Below, one piece after another: positions 37,074 to 48,200 of a DNA stretch of 64,000 nt; position 1 is the stretch's first letter; each line of letters begins with the position of its first letter. Position numbers and translations under genes: made by a program. Origin of the DNA: a virus; IMG/VR virus record IMGVR_UViG_3300020403_000005, positions 20,363 to 84,362 of that record; one strand, 5' to 3'. The notes beneath the pieces are model-generated. The model did no database searches, was not told where the DNA came from, and saw only the letters and a list, made by a program, of their open reading frames with translations.

Positions 37074-39935
37074 TTAGAAAACTCTTTGAATTCCTATGCT
37101 TTGTATTGCTAGTTCTTCTTTCGTTACTGTCGGTGGTTTATTACTGTAGTTAAAGGTTATTCTGGTTCCAGAGTCACCAACGCTAACTGAGGCTCCCTGA
37201 AAACCATGCTTTACGTCGGTATAAGGACTTAAAACTGAAAGATTTAAGCCAGCCATAGTAAAGCTGAGTGTCTCCTTGGGCATAAAATTACTGTAGTTTA
37301 ATTGTTCTGATACGGCATGAAAATCATATATGGAAACAGGAGAAAAAATACCGTTTATGATTATTTTGGGAGACACCTCGCCCGACTCAGAACCAGCGGC
37401 GACAGCTTGTAAACTTCTCTCTTTATTTCCTTGCGTTTGATCAAAGTCGCTGCTTATATCATTAACTCTTATTCTATACTCCATCGTATTACCAGCATTG
37501 CCAACAACGCCTACGTGCCTAATGATGCCGTTTTGCTGATGAGTGCTTTCTGTACTCACTGATACATAAGCTGAATAAGGATACTCAGAAGGTAAGATAA
37601 ATGAAAACGCTGGACTCCACCCTTGCCCTTGTTTTACTCTTAGTCTAAACCAGCGAGCACTAGAATTTGAAAGTCCTACGTTGTCAGGACTATATACATC
37701 ACCAGCGGGACATTCACACAATTCATCAATTAAGTCGTAGTCGCAAAGCATTTTGCATTCTTTGTCCGCGTCCGTCTCTTCTTCCTTCGTTAGAACTTCA
37801 TATTTATTTATTTTATTGTGCTCAAATGTCGGGTAATTGGGGTTAAGCCCCCTCATGAATGGATTGCCTCCATTTTTAACCCAAGTGTGTCCGCTGATGC
37901 CGTGCATAACACCAACGTCAAGCCTACTCCTAACCGTCTTTATATCAGGAAAGAATATCAACGATGGTCTTTTATTTTCGTCTTGTAATTGCTCTAATTC
38001 AGGATAAATGTTTGGGAACACATCTCTCAACATAGAGTCTAAAAATAATTTCGCAGAACCCTCAAGTGGACTGTGAGAAGGTAAAAAATCTTTTAAAAGC
38101 TCTTCTCCATCCTCAAAAAATAGGCTATCAAGCTCTTCGTCCTTGAATCCATATGAAGTTCCAGTTCTTCTGTACAAAAAGAATTCATTTTTAGTTAGAA
38201 CAGAACTCAAACCTACCGCACCTTCTGGATGCCTCATTAAATCTTTAAAAGGCAATTCATTTAAATTATTTCTTTGAAAGGTTTCTGTGTTTGGTTTGGT
38301 TGTCCATTCTTGTATTACGTTAGATAAACCTTCTACGCAGTCGAATCTATCTGCGAAAGGCTTCTGGAAAAAATAATATTGACCTATAAAGTCAGCTACC
38401 TGTCTTTCCCAATCCATCCATTTATTTTCTAAGTCTTTACTGTAAGTTCCTAAAAATACTCCAGAGTCTTTTCCGTATTTAGCTTGCTCTTTTTGTTGGC
38501 TTTGAGTAGAGAATGTTAAAGTCAACAAGTCAAATTTTTGTTGATCTGTAAGTTTCGCTCTCAGGGATATGCCGAGCGGCTTTCCATATTGCGAAAGTGC
38601 GCTCATGTCTGTAAAGTTATTGGTTCTTTCAGCTATCAGATAGTAGTTATATAATGTTCTAGCTGTCGGATTGTATTTAGCCAAAATCGCTGATTGAATT
38701 AATTCATTCTCTGTTCTCCCGCCGGTTATTCTAGCGAACACATTACTTGGAAATATATGAGATAAAGTCAAAGGTTCGAATAGAACTCTTTTATCTATCT
38801 TTCTGTTTCTGCTGGAACTTTTGGGGGCTTTTTTGTAAACCGTTATGTTGTCTTGAGCATATGTGCCGTCTAAAGAAACCGAACTTTTAATATCTGTTAT
38901 AGCTACGGGGTTATTTACGGTAGTATTTTCTTTTATACCGTCCACTCTCTTTCTGATGTCGCCAATAAGATTAGTTTGATCTAGGGCTTTTAAGTCGTAC
39001 GCCCCGATTGAACCATTTGTATTATCGTAAAACCAAGAGAACCCAAGCAGGTCGCACCACTGATTTAACACCGATCTTAGAGTTCCTCCAGAAAAATTTC
39101 TCCTTATAGCCTGAATCGCGGGGCTACCCAGCAGTCCATAACCCCTGTCAGATATATCAAAAACAGGAACTCCGATCCCAACCGCACTATCTGATATTAT
39201 ACTCAGCAACTCCGAAAAAGAATAATCGACCTTGGCTATTTCACACGAGTTACTTGTAAATTGTTCTTCTCCTATTATTATCGCTCCCCCCGCTCTACCG
39301 AAAACATTATTTGTATTAGCTGACCAAGAATTGTAATACCATTTCACTTGCGCGGGATTTCCATTGGGATCAACTCTTTTATACCCAAAGGGTTGGCCAA
39401 GAGATTTAGGATGACTTGGGGGCCAAGGATTTCTTGCTCCTTCTCCAAATGGTGGTGCCTGTGTATCTTCGCAATAGTTATTACATTCTACTGGAATATA
39501 AACTAAATGATTTTTAATTCTCCATGAATCAGCATTTTTAAATGGATTTGGTCCGTAGTTATATGGCGTAGCTTGATCGTTAAACAAAAGAACATGTGTT
39601 TTATCTAAAATTATTGATCCATCTACAAATTTTAAATTTAAGATTCTGCCAGACGTAGTATCAGTCCAATTATATTCAGTTAAAAATATAGAGTCATAAT
39701 AAAGAGAGTCACTAATATTGGTATTGTTGCCAATTATTAAAGTATAAGGAAAAATAGTAGAAAGATTTTCTGGGTATATTTCATACTCGCCCGTTTCATT
39801 CATTACGCTGATTTCAAATGAAGTTGGCTGTCTAGAACCGCCCTCATTTATACTAACGTTGTATATATAACCGCCAAAAGCCTGACCAGCAGGGAATCCA
39901 CTTAAATGTACTATTTCTGCGTTTCTTTTTGCCAT
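37074..39935 (-). CDS. baseplate hub or tail tip-like protein
   Basis: Position after the tape measure; GTLRSVLNQWCDLLGFSWFYD resembles hub proteins. Confidence 0.55.
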   Translation of the reverse strand: MAKRNAEIVHLSGFPAGQAFGGYIYNVSINEGGSRQPTSFEISVMNETGEYEIYPENLSTIFPYTLIIGNNTNISDSLYYDSIFLTEYNWTDTTSGRILNLKFVDGSIILDKTHVLLFNDQATPYNYGPNPFKNADSWRIKNHLVYIPVECNNYCEDTQAPPFGEGARNPWPPSHPKSLGQPFGYKRVDPNGNPAQVKWYYNSWSANTNNVFGRAGGAIIIGEEQFTSNSCEIAKVDYSFSELLSIISDSAVGIGVPVFDISDRGYGLLGSPAIQAIRRNFSGGTLRSVLNQWCDLLGFSWFYDNTNGSIGAYDLKALDQTNLIGDIRKRVDGIKENTTVNNPVAITDIKSSVSLDGTYAQDNITVYKKAPKSSSRNRKIDKRVLFEPLTLSHIFPSNVFARITGGRTENELIQSAILAKYNPTARTLYNYYLIAERTNNFTDMSALSQYGKPLGISLRAKLTDQQKFDLLTLTFSTQSQQKEQAKYGKDSGVFLGTYSKDLENKWMDWERQVADFIGQYYFFQKPFADRFDCVEGLSNVIQEWTTKPNTETFQRNNLNELPFKDLMRHPEGAVGLSSVLTKNEFFLYRRTGTSYGFKDEELDSLFFEDGEELLKDFLPSHSPLEGSAKLFLDSMLRDVFPNIYPELEQLQDENKRPSLIFFPDIKTVRSRLDVGVMHGISGHTWVKNGGNPFMRGLNPNYPTFEHNKINKYEVLTKEEETDADKECKMLCDYDLIDELCECPAGDVYSPDNVGLSNSSARWFRLRVKQGQGWSPAFSFILPSEYPYSAYVSVSTESTHQQNGIIRHVGVVGNAGNTMEYRIRVNDISSDFDQTQGNKERSLQAVAAGSESGEVSPKIIINGIFSPVSIYDFHAVSEQLNYSNFMPKETLSFTMAGLNLSVLSPYTDVKHGFQGASVSVGDSGTRITFNYSNKPPTVTKEELAIQSIGIQRVF

Positions 39936-41711
39936 TTAAAATCCTTGCTCCTCTCCATTATATACGCTAAAACTATCAACAAATCTAATTTTATTGTCAT
40001 TAGCAAGCAAGCTGTTGTCTGATACTAATTTATAATTTTTATTAATTATAATCCTCTGTCCGTTGTACCATACTTGAGGAGACAAGAAGCCAGATGGGTT
40101 AGAAATTAAAGAATTATTCAATTCTACAAAACGGTGATCATGCTTAATGAATGGAACCAAGGCTATTTCTCCAGTGGGCAAACCATGCAATTTACTTCTG
40201 TCTATATTTACAGAGTCATGTGCGCCTTCATACCATATGTGATCCGTGCCAGAAAGCATTTTTAATCCATTGATATATAAATCTTTATGTTCCCAAGCTA
40301 TTATTTGCTTAGAGTAGATTGTATTTCCAGATTCGTATCCAGTGAAATTCGCGGTTCCAGTCACCTTGTCATATATATTAGAATGATATATTCCACTATC
40401 CTGTATGCCCCCTGTGGGAACGATTTCATTAGTGCCAGTTTTATAGAAGTCATGTGATGCGCCCGATCTTTGGTAAAGTCCGTTTAAATAAAAGTTTATA
40501 TTCGACCCAGTATATCCAGTACCCAAGTTGTATTTCCCAGTTGAAGAGAATACGGGTTCCGCTTGAATGCCAACGTCAGGGTTAATACCCGTAAATGACC
40601 TAACTTCAACATTGTCAATTAAGTCCGAAACATCATAAAATAATGTAATATTTTTTCTTTTGTATTTTTCCAATAATGAATTATCAATATTTATTGATGG
40701 TTTTGCAAAAACTGTTCTAGTGCCAGTTAACAAACCAGTGCTGTAGCTGTATGTTATGGTTGTTCCGGTTTTGTCGCCAGATACGCCAGAGTTAACGTAG
40801 ATCGGAATATCCGCCCCACACCTCGACGCAATGACTCCAGACTGAACTTGTCTATATCCAGTTATTCCTTGACCAGTTACCCCGCTAGTCAAAGTTGGTA
40901 ATCCTGTAACCCCAGAGAAAGTAAACTGCTCTGTCGTAAGACCTCCGGTTGTATATCCAGAGGCTATCATTAAGTTGGCTAAATTTTTCGTTGTTCCGCT
41001 TGCGATAGCATTTTTAAATATAATTAAATCGTCATAATACCCGCTGAAGCCTGTATAACCATTACTAGCACTATAAAAATCTCCCACGTACAAATCGTTT
41101 GATAGGATAGTATCGGTGCTGGTAGACGTGATAGAGTCGGCGGTTGAAAAGGTTTCTCTTTTTTCGTTTTTGTATAGCTCATCATAAAAAGACATGGTTA
41201 CGCTGTTTGATGCCTTTGAGCGAACTACTGATATAATATTTTTTTCTCCCAACTCGCAATCTAAAGTAAATGTTTTTCTTTGGGAGTCTTTATTGTAGTA
41301 TTCAAAATATAATTTATGAGCACCATTCAGCCCTACGTTAAAGCCGCTTGCACTAGTGCCAGACTTCATACTAGAAAATAAAGTTCTACCTAGATTCCTA
41401 TTAGACGCAAAATCGGTGGTATAATAATTTAACAGTATTGTCCAATCTTCATTTTTAAATTCTGTTCCGACTTTAGCTATAGTATTTCCGTCGAAATACC
41501 CAGAGCCAGACACGGTATTTACATTGTCACTGTCGCACAAAGAAATAAGCGGGTAACTTTCTGACGCTTTCTTTGAGTCTTGAGACGAGTAAGTATTTTT
41601 GTCGTTAAAGGTGTACTGTCCAGAATAAGAGTCAAAGCTATAGAAACCCACCAAATCATCAAGATTTAGAGAATTAGTATTTAAATAATCTATTAGTAAA
41701 TTTCTATTCAT
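39936..41711 (-). CDS. LamG/concanavalin A-like domain tail protein
   Basis: LVGFYSFD, GYFDG, WTI, LYVG...FSGYYDDLIIFK. Confidence 0.7.
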   Translation of the reverse strand: MNRNLLIDYLNTNSLNLDDLVGFYSFDSYSGQYTFNDKNTYSSQDSKKASESYPLISLCDSDNVNTVSGSGYFDGNTIAKVGTEFKNEDWTILLNYYTTDFASNRNLGRTLFSSMKSGTSASGFNVGLNGAHKLYFEYYNKDSQRKTFTLDCELGEKNIISVVRSKASNSVTMSFYDELYKNEKRETFSTADSITSTSTDTILSNDLYVGDFYSASNGYTGFSGYYDDLIIFKNAIASGTTKNLANLMIASGYTTGGLTTEQFTFSGVTGLPTLTSGVTGQGITGYRQVQSGVIASRCGADIPIYVNSGVSGDKTGTTITYSYSTGLLTGTRTVFAKPSINIDNSLLEKYKRKNITLFYDVSDLIDNVEVRSFTGINPDVGIQAEPVFSSTGKYNLGTGYTGSNINFYLNGLYQRSGASHDFYKTGTNEIVPTGGIQDSGIYHSNIYDKVTGTANFTGYESGNTIYSKQIIAWEHKDLYINGLKMLSGTDHIWYEGAHDSVNIDRSKLHGLPTGEIALVPFIKHDHRFVELNNSLISNPSGFLSPQVWYNGQRIIINKNYKLVSDNSLLANDNKIRFVDSFSVYNGEEQGF

Positions 41712-43414
41712 TAGCTTACTTTTATGTACCCATACGCTTGATTATACGTCATATTATGTATGTTTTGCGAATAACTTTGCTTTGCTGATATTATTCTATT
41801 CTGCATTGTGTAATCTACGTTTTCTGACATTAGTATGGTATCAGAAGTCCCAACGCCTAACCATGTATTACCCAAGTTAAACATCATCTTGTTAACCAAT
41901 CTCTCTCCAAGAGAAGTCGGGGCAGATAAGGGGTCAGTTGTGACCTCACTTATTCTGCTGCTTCCGCCGTATACTCCATTTGGACCCGCGTGATTAATGT
42001 TGATAGTTGTAGAGAAGTCAACGGTCTCTCTATTTTTTGCGTTTAAATCTGTAATTATGTAATAACCATTTTGATTAACTGCCGCCGCTTCTCTGTATTG
42101 ATTTATGCTAGGTTTAACGCTGACCGTGTATTCTACATTCGAGGTATAGTTTCCGTTTGGTTCAGTATTGTTCAAAAAGTCTTTATTTGTAAATGTAGCA
42201 CTAACAGTTATTTCTCCCGCATTTGGGTTTCTGTTTATAGAAAGGTTGTCCATTGCTATTCTTAAAGGAAAAGTAATATTGTCGTAAAACTTAGAGTATA
42301 TTGTGTTTGCTAAGTTGTATAGATAATCACTACCCTCTATCGTACTCTCTACAAAAGATTCAGCGTCAGCGAGTCTTTGCTTTCTATTTCCTCTGCCCTT
42401 TATAGTTCCATTTAAACTAACTGTTGTTAATCCCATTATCTCGTCGGTACTCATTTCAACAGTATGGTCAAAATAACAAGTGCTAGAAGCGAAAAGCGGA
42501 TTATTATCGTAACTAGCTTTTACCGTAACAGTGTTATTGTTTAAATTTTGATCGAAGTTAAAATTTAAAGGTTTAGATAATAAGTCAGTTATCTTGGATA
42601 AAGACTCAGCCTTTGCGTGTAGGTCTAAAGTTTTAGAGTGGGCCAAGACTTCATCAGTTGTAAAATACTTTCCGCCTTTTACTGTTGCCGTTATATCGAC
42701 TTTGTCAAAATCTGCTGATTTATTTTTCTGAAGAGACGAAGAATAAGTAACTATCGGCGTATAGCTCGAAGCTCCATCTTGAAATGTGTAGTTTTCAGAT
42801 ATGGAGTAAGTTGAATTGATTCTGTCAATATTTTCGGAAGTATTGGTTAGTATTGGGTATGCGGTGGCTCCCCCGTTAACAAACTTTGGAGTTATCTTAT
42901 TGTTCCATCCGCTTAAACTCAGAACATAATTTTTAGCATTGTCAAATGGATTTGAGCCATCATATGATACACCTTTTGCGGAGACTTCGTGGGTAAGTGT
43001 ACTCGTACCATCATCGTTCATGTTGAACGAAAAGTTTTCGGCGGGGTCAACAACTCCGAGAGTTCCAGAGAAGTTATCATAATTTGATAAATTTATCGAA
43101 TAGTCAACCAAGGTTATTAATTTGCTTTCGTTGAATTGTATAGAGTCAACCTTACATCCAGAAAAAGAAGCTACGGTGACACCATCTTCTACAACTTCTA
43201 AAGTTTTAAATCCATTGTTGAATCCATTTGCTATACTTTGAGAAGCGGTTAAACAAGAGCTAAACGTACTTCCTGTAATTTGTCCATTTAAAGTTATGCT
43301 ATTTCTTTGAGCCTTTCTACCGCCATGAATAATCATGTCAGTAGACAACGTTACAAAAGGAGTCGGCTGACTGCCGAATACGTCTACGTTGTTGTATTTT
43401 ACCTCTGTGCTCAT
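41711..43414 (-). CDS. tail structural protein
   Basis: Beta-rich 567-aa ORF in the tail operon, similar to its upstream neighbour. Confidence 0.6.
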   Translation of the reverse strand: MSTEVKYNNVDVFGSQPTPFVTLSTDMIIHGGRKAQRNSITLNGQITGSTFSSCLTASQSIANGFNNGFKTLEVVEDGVTVASFSGCKVDSIQFNESKLITLVDYSINLSNYDNFSGTLGVVDPAENFSFNMNDDGTSTLTHEVSAKGVSYDGSNPFDNAKNYVLSLSGWNNKITPKFVNGGATAYPILTNTSENIDRINSTYSISENYTFQDGASSYTPIVTYSSSLQKNKSADFDKVDITATVKGGKYFTTDEVLAHSKTLDLHAKAESLSKITDLLSKPLNFNFDQNLNNNTVTVKASYDNNPLFASSTCYFDHTVEMSTDEIMGLTTVSLNGTIKGRGNRKQRLADAESFVESTIEGSDYLYNLANTIYSKFYDNITFPLRIAMDNLSINRNPNAGEITVSATFTNKDFLNNTEPNGNYTSNVEYTVSVKPSINQYREAAAVNQNGYYIITDLNAKNRETVDFSTTININHAGPNGVYGGSSRISEVTTDPLSAPTSLGERLVNKMMFNLGNTWLGVGTSDTILMSENVDYTMQNRIISAKQSYSQNIHNMTYNQAYGYIKVS

Positions 43415-43415
43415 T

Positions 43416-45254
43416 TTAAATTACTTCGATTAAATCATTGGCTTTTAGTTTTACATGTTTTGCAGAATAGCTATCATAGCCCTCGGCTACGAACCCTACT
43501 TCAAGATTCAAGTCTATTTTTCCTTGCGAAGAAAAAGTATAATTTAAATCTCGCACGAACATCTCTCTAATCCTCACGTTGGATAAATCGACAGGGATCA
43601 ATCGCATTTGATCAAAAGCTATTGTAATCATATAATTTAACTGCGTGTCTATATTTGGTGGAGCGGTTAAGTAATTTCCGTTTCTAACTTTTTGAGCAGA
43701 AACTTTTATTGACCTAGTTCCAAGTTTGGTTTGTTTACCGAACACGGGAGTTTGTAAAACTTCTCCAACATTTGGTACGAGTTGTGAATTAGTTATTAAT
43801 GTTGGTTCCGAATCAGACACTTCAACAGTTAAAGTATTCAACCCGATAGCGTTAGCGGTGGAACTGGGCAAAAACGTTCCATTGGCTACATATTCGCAAG
43901 AGTATGAAACTTGCCCACCCCTACTTGGATAACCTATGCTATATTTTGTTCTATTTAATGAGTCTTTTATAACATTATAATTAGAGTAATTATTAGCAAA
44001 GGCCCAATCACTTTGATGGTCTACAGCCAAAGCATTGACTCTATTAAATGCAGAATTATGAACTATTCCTGAGACTACATTTACTGCATCAAATGTATCG
44101 CTTAAATTTCCATAGGGTCTTATCGAGCCGTTTTCTGATATAGTTAAAGTGCCGCCAACTTTATCTTCAGAAATTGATTGTGTGTATTCATGTATCCCAG
44201 AAGATGTAAAAGATGGATTATTAGTAAAAGAAATATTATAATCAATAGTTTGCTCTGCTTGGTTTATGGTTGATCCTAATTCTGTATATTGAGAGAAAAG
44301 AGAATCAGAGTTACCCCCCTCGAAAGTCGCGGAAACTGACGTGAATAAATTATTACATCCCACGTAAGCGGTTCCTAACGATCCAGTAATTGAAGCTAAC
44401 TGAGTATAGGCGTTTTCAAAATTGTTTTGTTTTGCTTTTATTTTACCGTTTTCAGTTACGGTTAAGTTGCCTACTTCGTCTCTCTGAATGCTTCTGGATG
44501 TAGAAGACGTAGCATAAGCTGTGTCCTCGTCTAACGAAGAAAACTTTTTACTAAAGCTAAAATTAAGATTTACTAAATCGTAGCTTTCATTATAAAGCAT
44601 CTTAGACGATCTAATATTCGCATCGTTATATTTTCCAACGTTGTCAGAAAACAAGCCATAATCTGGCATATTGTTAACTTCGGTGTAAAATTGACTAGCT
44701 AAGTTTTGCGCGTTTGAAACATAATCATATCCAGCACTTCCTGAAATGTATCTTATGCTGAAATCATGATTAAACTCATACGTTCCATCTTCGGAAGTAG
44801 AAAAAGAAAAATTTTCATTTAAAGACTCGATTAAATCTGGTCTTCTGCTTTTTATTTCGTCTTTTAAATCAGAATTAAGTAAACTGGTTACTGCTGCGTC
44901 ATCATATGAGTTTTCATAAACTTGTAATTGTATGTCGTAACCAGCTAATCTTATAGGGTTTTCTCTTTCAGAAAAATCTACAGACAATACTCTACCCGTT
45001 CCGAAATTGACTCCATTTATTATAAACGCAGAATTGGTTTGACAAGAATCAGTCGCCGTTCTTCTAATTTCCTCGAATGTAGAAAAAGTATCTGAAATTC
45101 CACTGTTGTTGTTACTTGGCAACAAAATTCCTCTTAACCCGATTGTTTTTGATCGAGCGTAAGTAGCATATTCTTCTCCGAGGTATTTATTCTCGTAGGA
45201 AATAGATACCGCGCTTCCGCTAAGATTTAACGCATTTTGAAATGTTGTTGACAT
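43416..45254 (-). CDS. tail structural protein (distal-tail position)
   Basis: Beta-rich 612-aa ORF directly after the tape measure gene. Confidence 0.6.
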   Translation of the reverse strand: MSTTFQNALNLSGSAVSISYENKYLGEEYATYARSKTIGLRGILLPSNNNSGISDTFSTFEEIRRTATDSCQTNSAFIINGVNFGTGRVLSVDFSERENPIRLAGYDIQLQVYENSYDDAAVTSLLNSDLKDEIKSRRPDLIESLNENFSFSTSEDGTYEFNHDFSIRYISGSAGYDYVSNAQNLASQFYTEVNNMPDYGLFSDNVGKYNDANIRSSKMLYNESYDLVNLNFSFSKKFSSLDEDTAYATSSTSRSIQRDEVGNLTVTENGKIKAKQNNFENAYTQLASITGSLGTAYVGCNNLFTSVSATFEGGNSDSLFSQYTELGSTINQAEQTIDYNISFTNNPSFTSSGIHEYTQSISEDKVGGTLTISENGSIRPYGNLSDTFDAVNVVSGIVHNSAFNRVNALAVDHQSDWAFANNYSNYNVIKDSLNRTKYSIGYPSRGGQVSYSCEYVANGTFLPSSTANAIGLNTLTVEVSDSEPTLITNSQLVPNVGEVLQTPVFGKQTKLGTRSIKVSAQKVRNGNYLTAPPNIDTQLNYMITIAFDQMRLIPVDLSNVRIREMFVRDLNYTFSSQGKIDLNLEVGFVAEGYDSYSAKHVKLKANDLIEVI

Positions 45255-45281
45255 GTTTTCACCTTATTCCTTGGTTATAAA

Positions 45282-48200
45282 TTATCTACTGTATGGCATT
45301 GGCCCCGCAGGGAATCCTCCTTGTGCCGATTGTGGTGGTCTAGCAGGTGCGTTCGCAACTGCTATTAGAGCGTTAGCTGCTTGCTCTTGTCCTGCTGCTC
45401 TGAATGCTTCAGCTACTTGCTGTGTTTGCTCCGCCATTCTTCTTTCTAATTCTGCTTGGTAAGCTGCGGCGAGTTCTTCTTGAGATGGAGCATTGATAAC
45501 GATTTGGGTATTGTCTTGAGTATTAACAGCCGCACCTTCAACATTTTGATTTTGACCACCTGTCATTTCCTCTCTCATCTGAATGATCATTTGCTGAAAC
45601 TGTTCAACAAGATTTGAGATGTCTAAATTCTGGATTGCTTCGGGACGTTCCACTGGCTGTCCAGTCATCGGGTCATAACCTTCTAACCGATCATAAGAAA
45701 AGCTGAAAGGATTCATCGGTGCCGTATTGTCTCGCAAGCCGCCCTGCATCTGCACTAGCCTTCTTATTTCATCGTGATCGGCAAGTGCAGCCGCTGGCAG
45801 TCCAGTAACAGGATCAATGCCTCCATTCATCCCCGAAGCTATCCTCATTTGATCATTATATAAAACTGAGTTTTCGGCCATTGTACGCCCCCTCATTCCC
45901 ATTTGGGGGTCATATTTTCTAGCTTCTTCGAAAGCTCCTTGTCTTAATTTTTGTTCTATTTTTAAGTCTTCAAGGTGCTTCTGAGCTTCACGTTCGTCAA
46001 AAATGTCAGAGTATGCGCCCGAAGCTATTTCTTTTTCCATCCGTTCAATTTTAAGACCTCTTTCTATCATTCCCGCTTGAGTCGGCCCTTCGTACGATTG
46101 TTGCGACATAAGAGAAGGCAACCCAGTGACAGGATCAACTGGATCGGATGCGCCAACAGGTAATCCAGTGATAGGATCAATTGGACCCAATTGATCTAAG
46201 TTCTTTCGCTTTGGAAGTTGGTCAGGATGGACTCCTATTTTTTGTGCAGTAAGCTCATGTATTTTATTTTCTTTTAGCTTTCGAAATCTCTCTATATTTC
46301 TATCCGCTGCACCAGGAGTATTGCTGCCCGCGCCGAATCTGTCGTGATAAACGTTCGCTGCGAAATCTAATCCACCCATTCTCTCAAACTCTTGAAATTG
46401 CTGCTGTTGTGCGCTAAATACGGGTTTTAAATTATCCCCCTCTTCAACAAAACTTTTTGGCTGCATGAACCCAAGACTATAATCCATATTTCTTTGTATT
46501 TGCGCCGTTTCTTCTCTTTGTCTGGCTTGCCTTGCGGCTAGTTCTCGCGCTCGTTTTGCTTTTTGTTCTCTTTGTTGGTTTAAGAAAGCTAACCTTCCGC
46601 CTATACCATCGAAGCTTCCGCTGCTGGGTAACGCTTGATTTGTATAGTCTCTGTATCTGCGTAATCCCGCTACATCGCCCGCGCTATCTGGAAGCAAGTC
46701 TGAATTAAATCCTTCACCCATTATATTTTGAGGTAGATTTCTGGGGTTACTAGAGCCTAGTGTTCCCCCAAGAAGAATAGACTTTCTTTGTTTGGTGAGA
46801 GTTCTAGCTATCAACCCTTGAACATCTCCCGAACTGTCTAACTGGCCTTGGAAGGCCGCCATTTCTTCAGGAGACGCCCCCGTTCTTATCATTTCATCTT
46901 GTATAGCTCTTAGTTGAGATACTCTGTTGCCTTGCAAGCGATCTTTTGCTTTTTTAAGATTTCCTGTGTCAGTATTCATTCCCGCCGACTGAGCTTCTCT
47001 TAGCATCGTCTCTAGGTTTCTACTTTCCCCACTAAGAGCTTGTGCTCGAATCAAGGGCTTGGCAGCGGATAAACTTTCAAAAATTTCTGGATTTGTATTT
47101 ACGCCGAAGCCCTCTCCACCGAGAATTCCTAAATTTCTTTCTATATCTTCTATTGCCTGTAGACTATCGCTTTTTGGCCTGAACATTTTATCACTATCCA
47201 TTGAGGCTAAACTCCTACCAGCTTGAGCTTGTACTGCCTGTTGGCGCGTTTTATCTTTTCTGTTTTTTATGAGTCTGCCGATAGTTTGTTCGCCAGGAGT
47301 AGCTAATATTTCGCCCGCAGAACTGAGAACGCCCCCGATTAACCTCGGACCGCCCAGTAATGCGTTTTTTCCAGCTTCGCCTAAAGTTTTAGATTCAGCA
47401 AATTGTTCAAATGGACTCAACAAGGGATTTACTATGTTTCTACCTTTGTCTTTTAGCGACGTTGGGTCATTAATCATTCCCATAGTAAGACCTTGCACTG
47501 TTGAGAGATATTGACTCTCTGGATTTGATCCTACCATCGCTTTGTCGTCGAAGTAGCTCGTTGCCCCCATTACTGGACTACTGAAAATTGCTGCGGCTGC
47601 GCCACCCGCTCTTCCAACTCCACCCGATGGTGACTTTGGTGCTGTTATCCGAGGCAATGGTGTGCGTGTGCCGCTCGTTGGTGGGGCGACAAGCCTTGGT
47701 TTTTTAATGGGCATTGGCCTTGGCGTTGGCGGCGGTGTTGGCTGCTTGGGCTTGATTGGATCGATTTGCTCACCGCCGTAGCCTGGTATCTCTGGTCGTC
47801 CTATTCTAATGGCTGGTTTATTGGTTTTAGGAGTTGTTTCTAGGATTGTTTGCTGCGCTGTAGTTGTCGGTGCCGCTGCTGGTGTCGGTGCCGCTGCTGG
47901 TTTCGGTGTTAGTTTTGCTGGGTCGGTGTAGCGGTTTACTTGCTCTACCACTGGTGTCGGTGCTGCTTTTGGTGCTGAAGTCGGTTGTTTGAGCCTTTCT
48001 GTACCATCAGGGTCTGTTATAGTATTCTCTCTCAAAAACTGCTCCATCAAAGCTTGTTCTTGTTTTGTTACCGAGGGTGTTTGTGGTTTGGGCGTTTTAC
48101 CCTTCTTCTTTTTGTTCTTCTTTTCGCTCTTATTTTTGTTCTTCTTTTTGGTCTCTTCGCCCTTGCCAAATTTACTCGCGAGCTTATATCCCAATAATCC

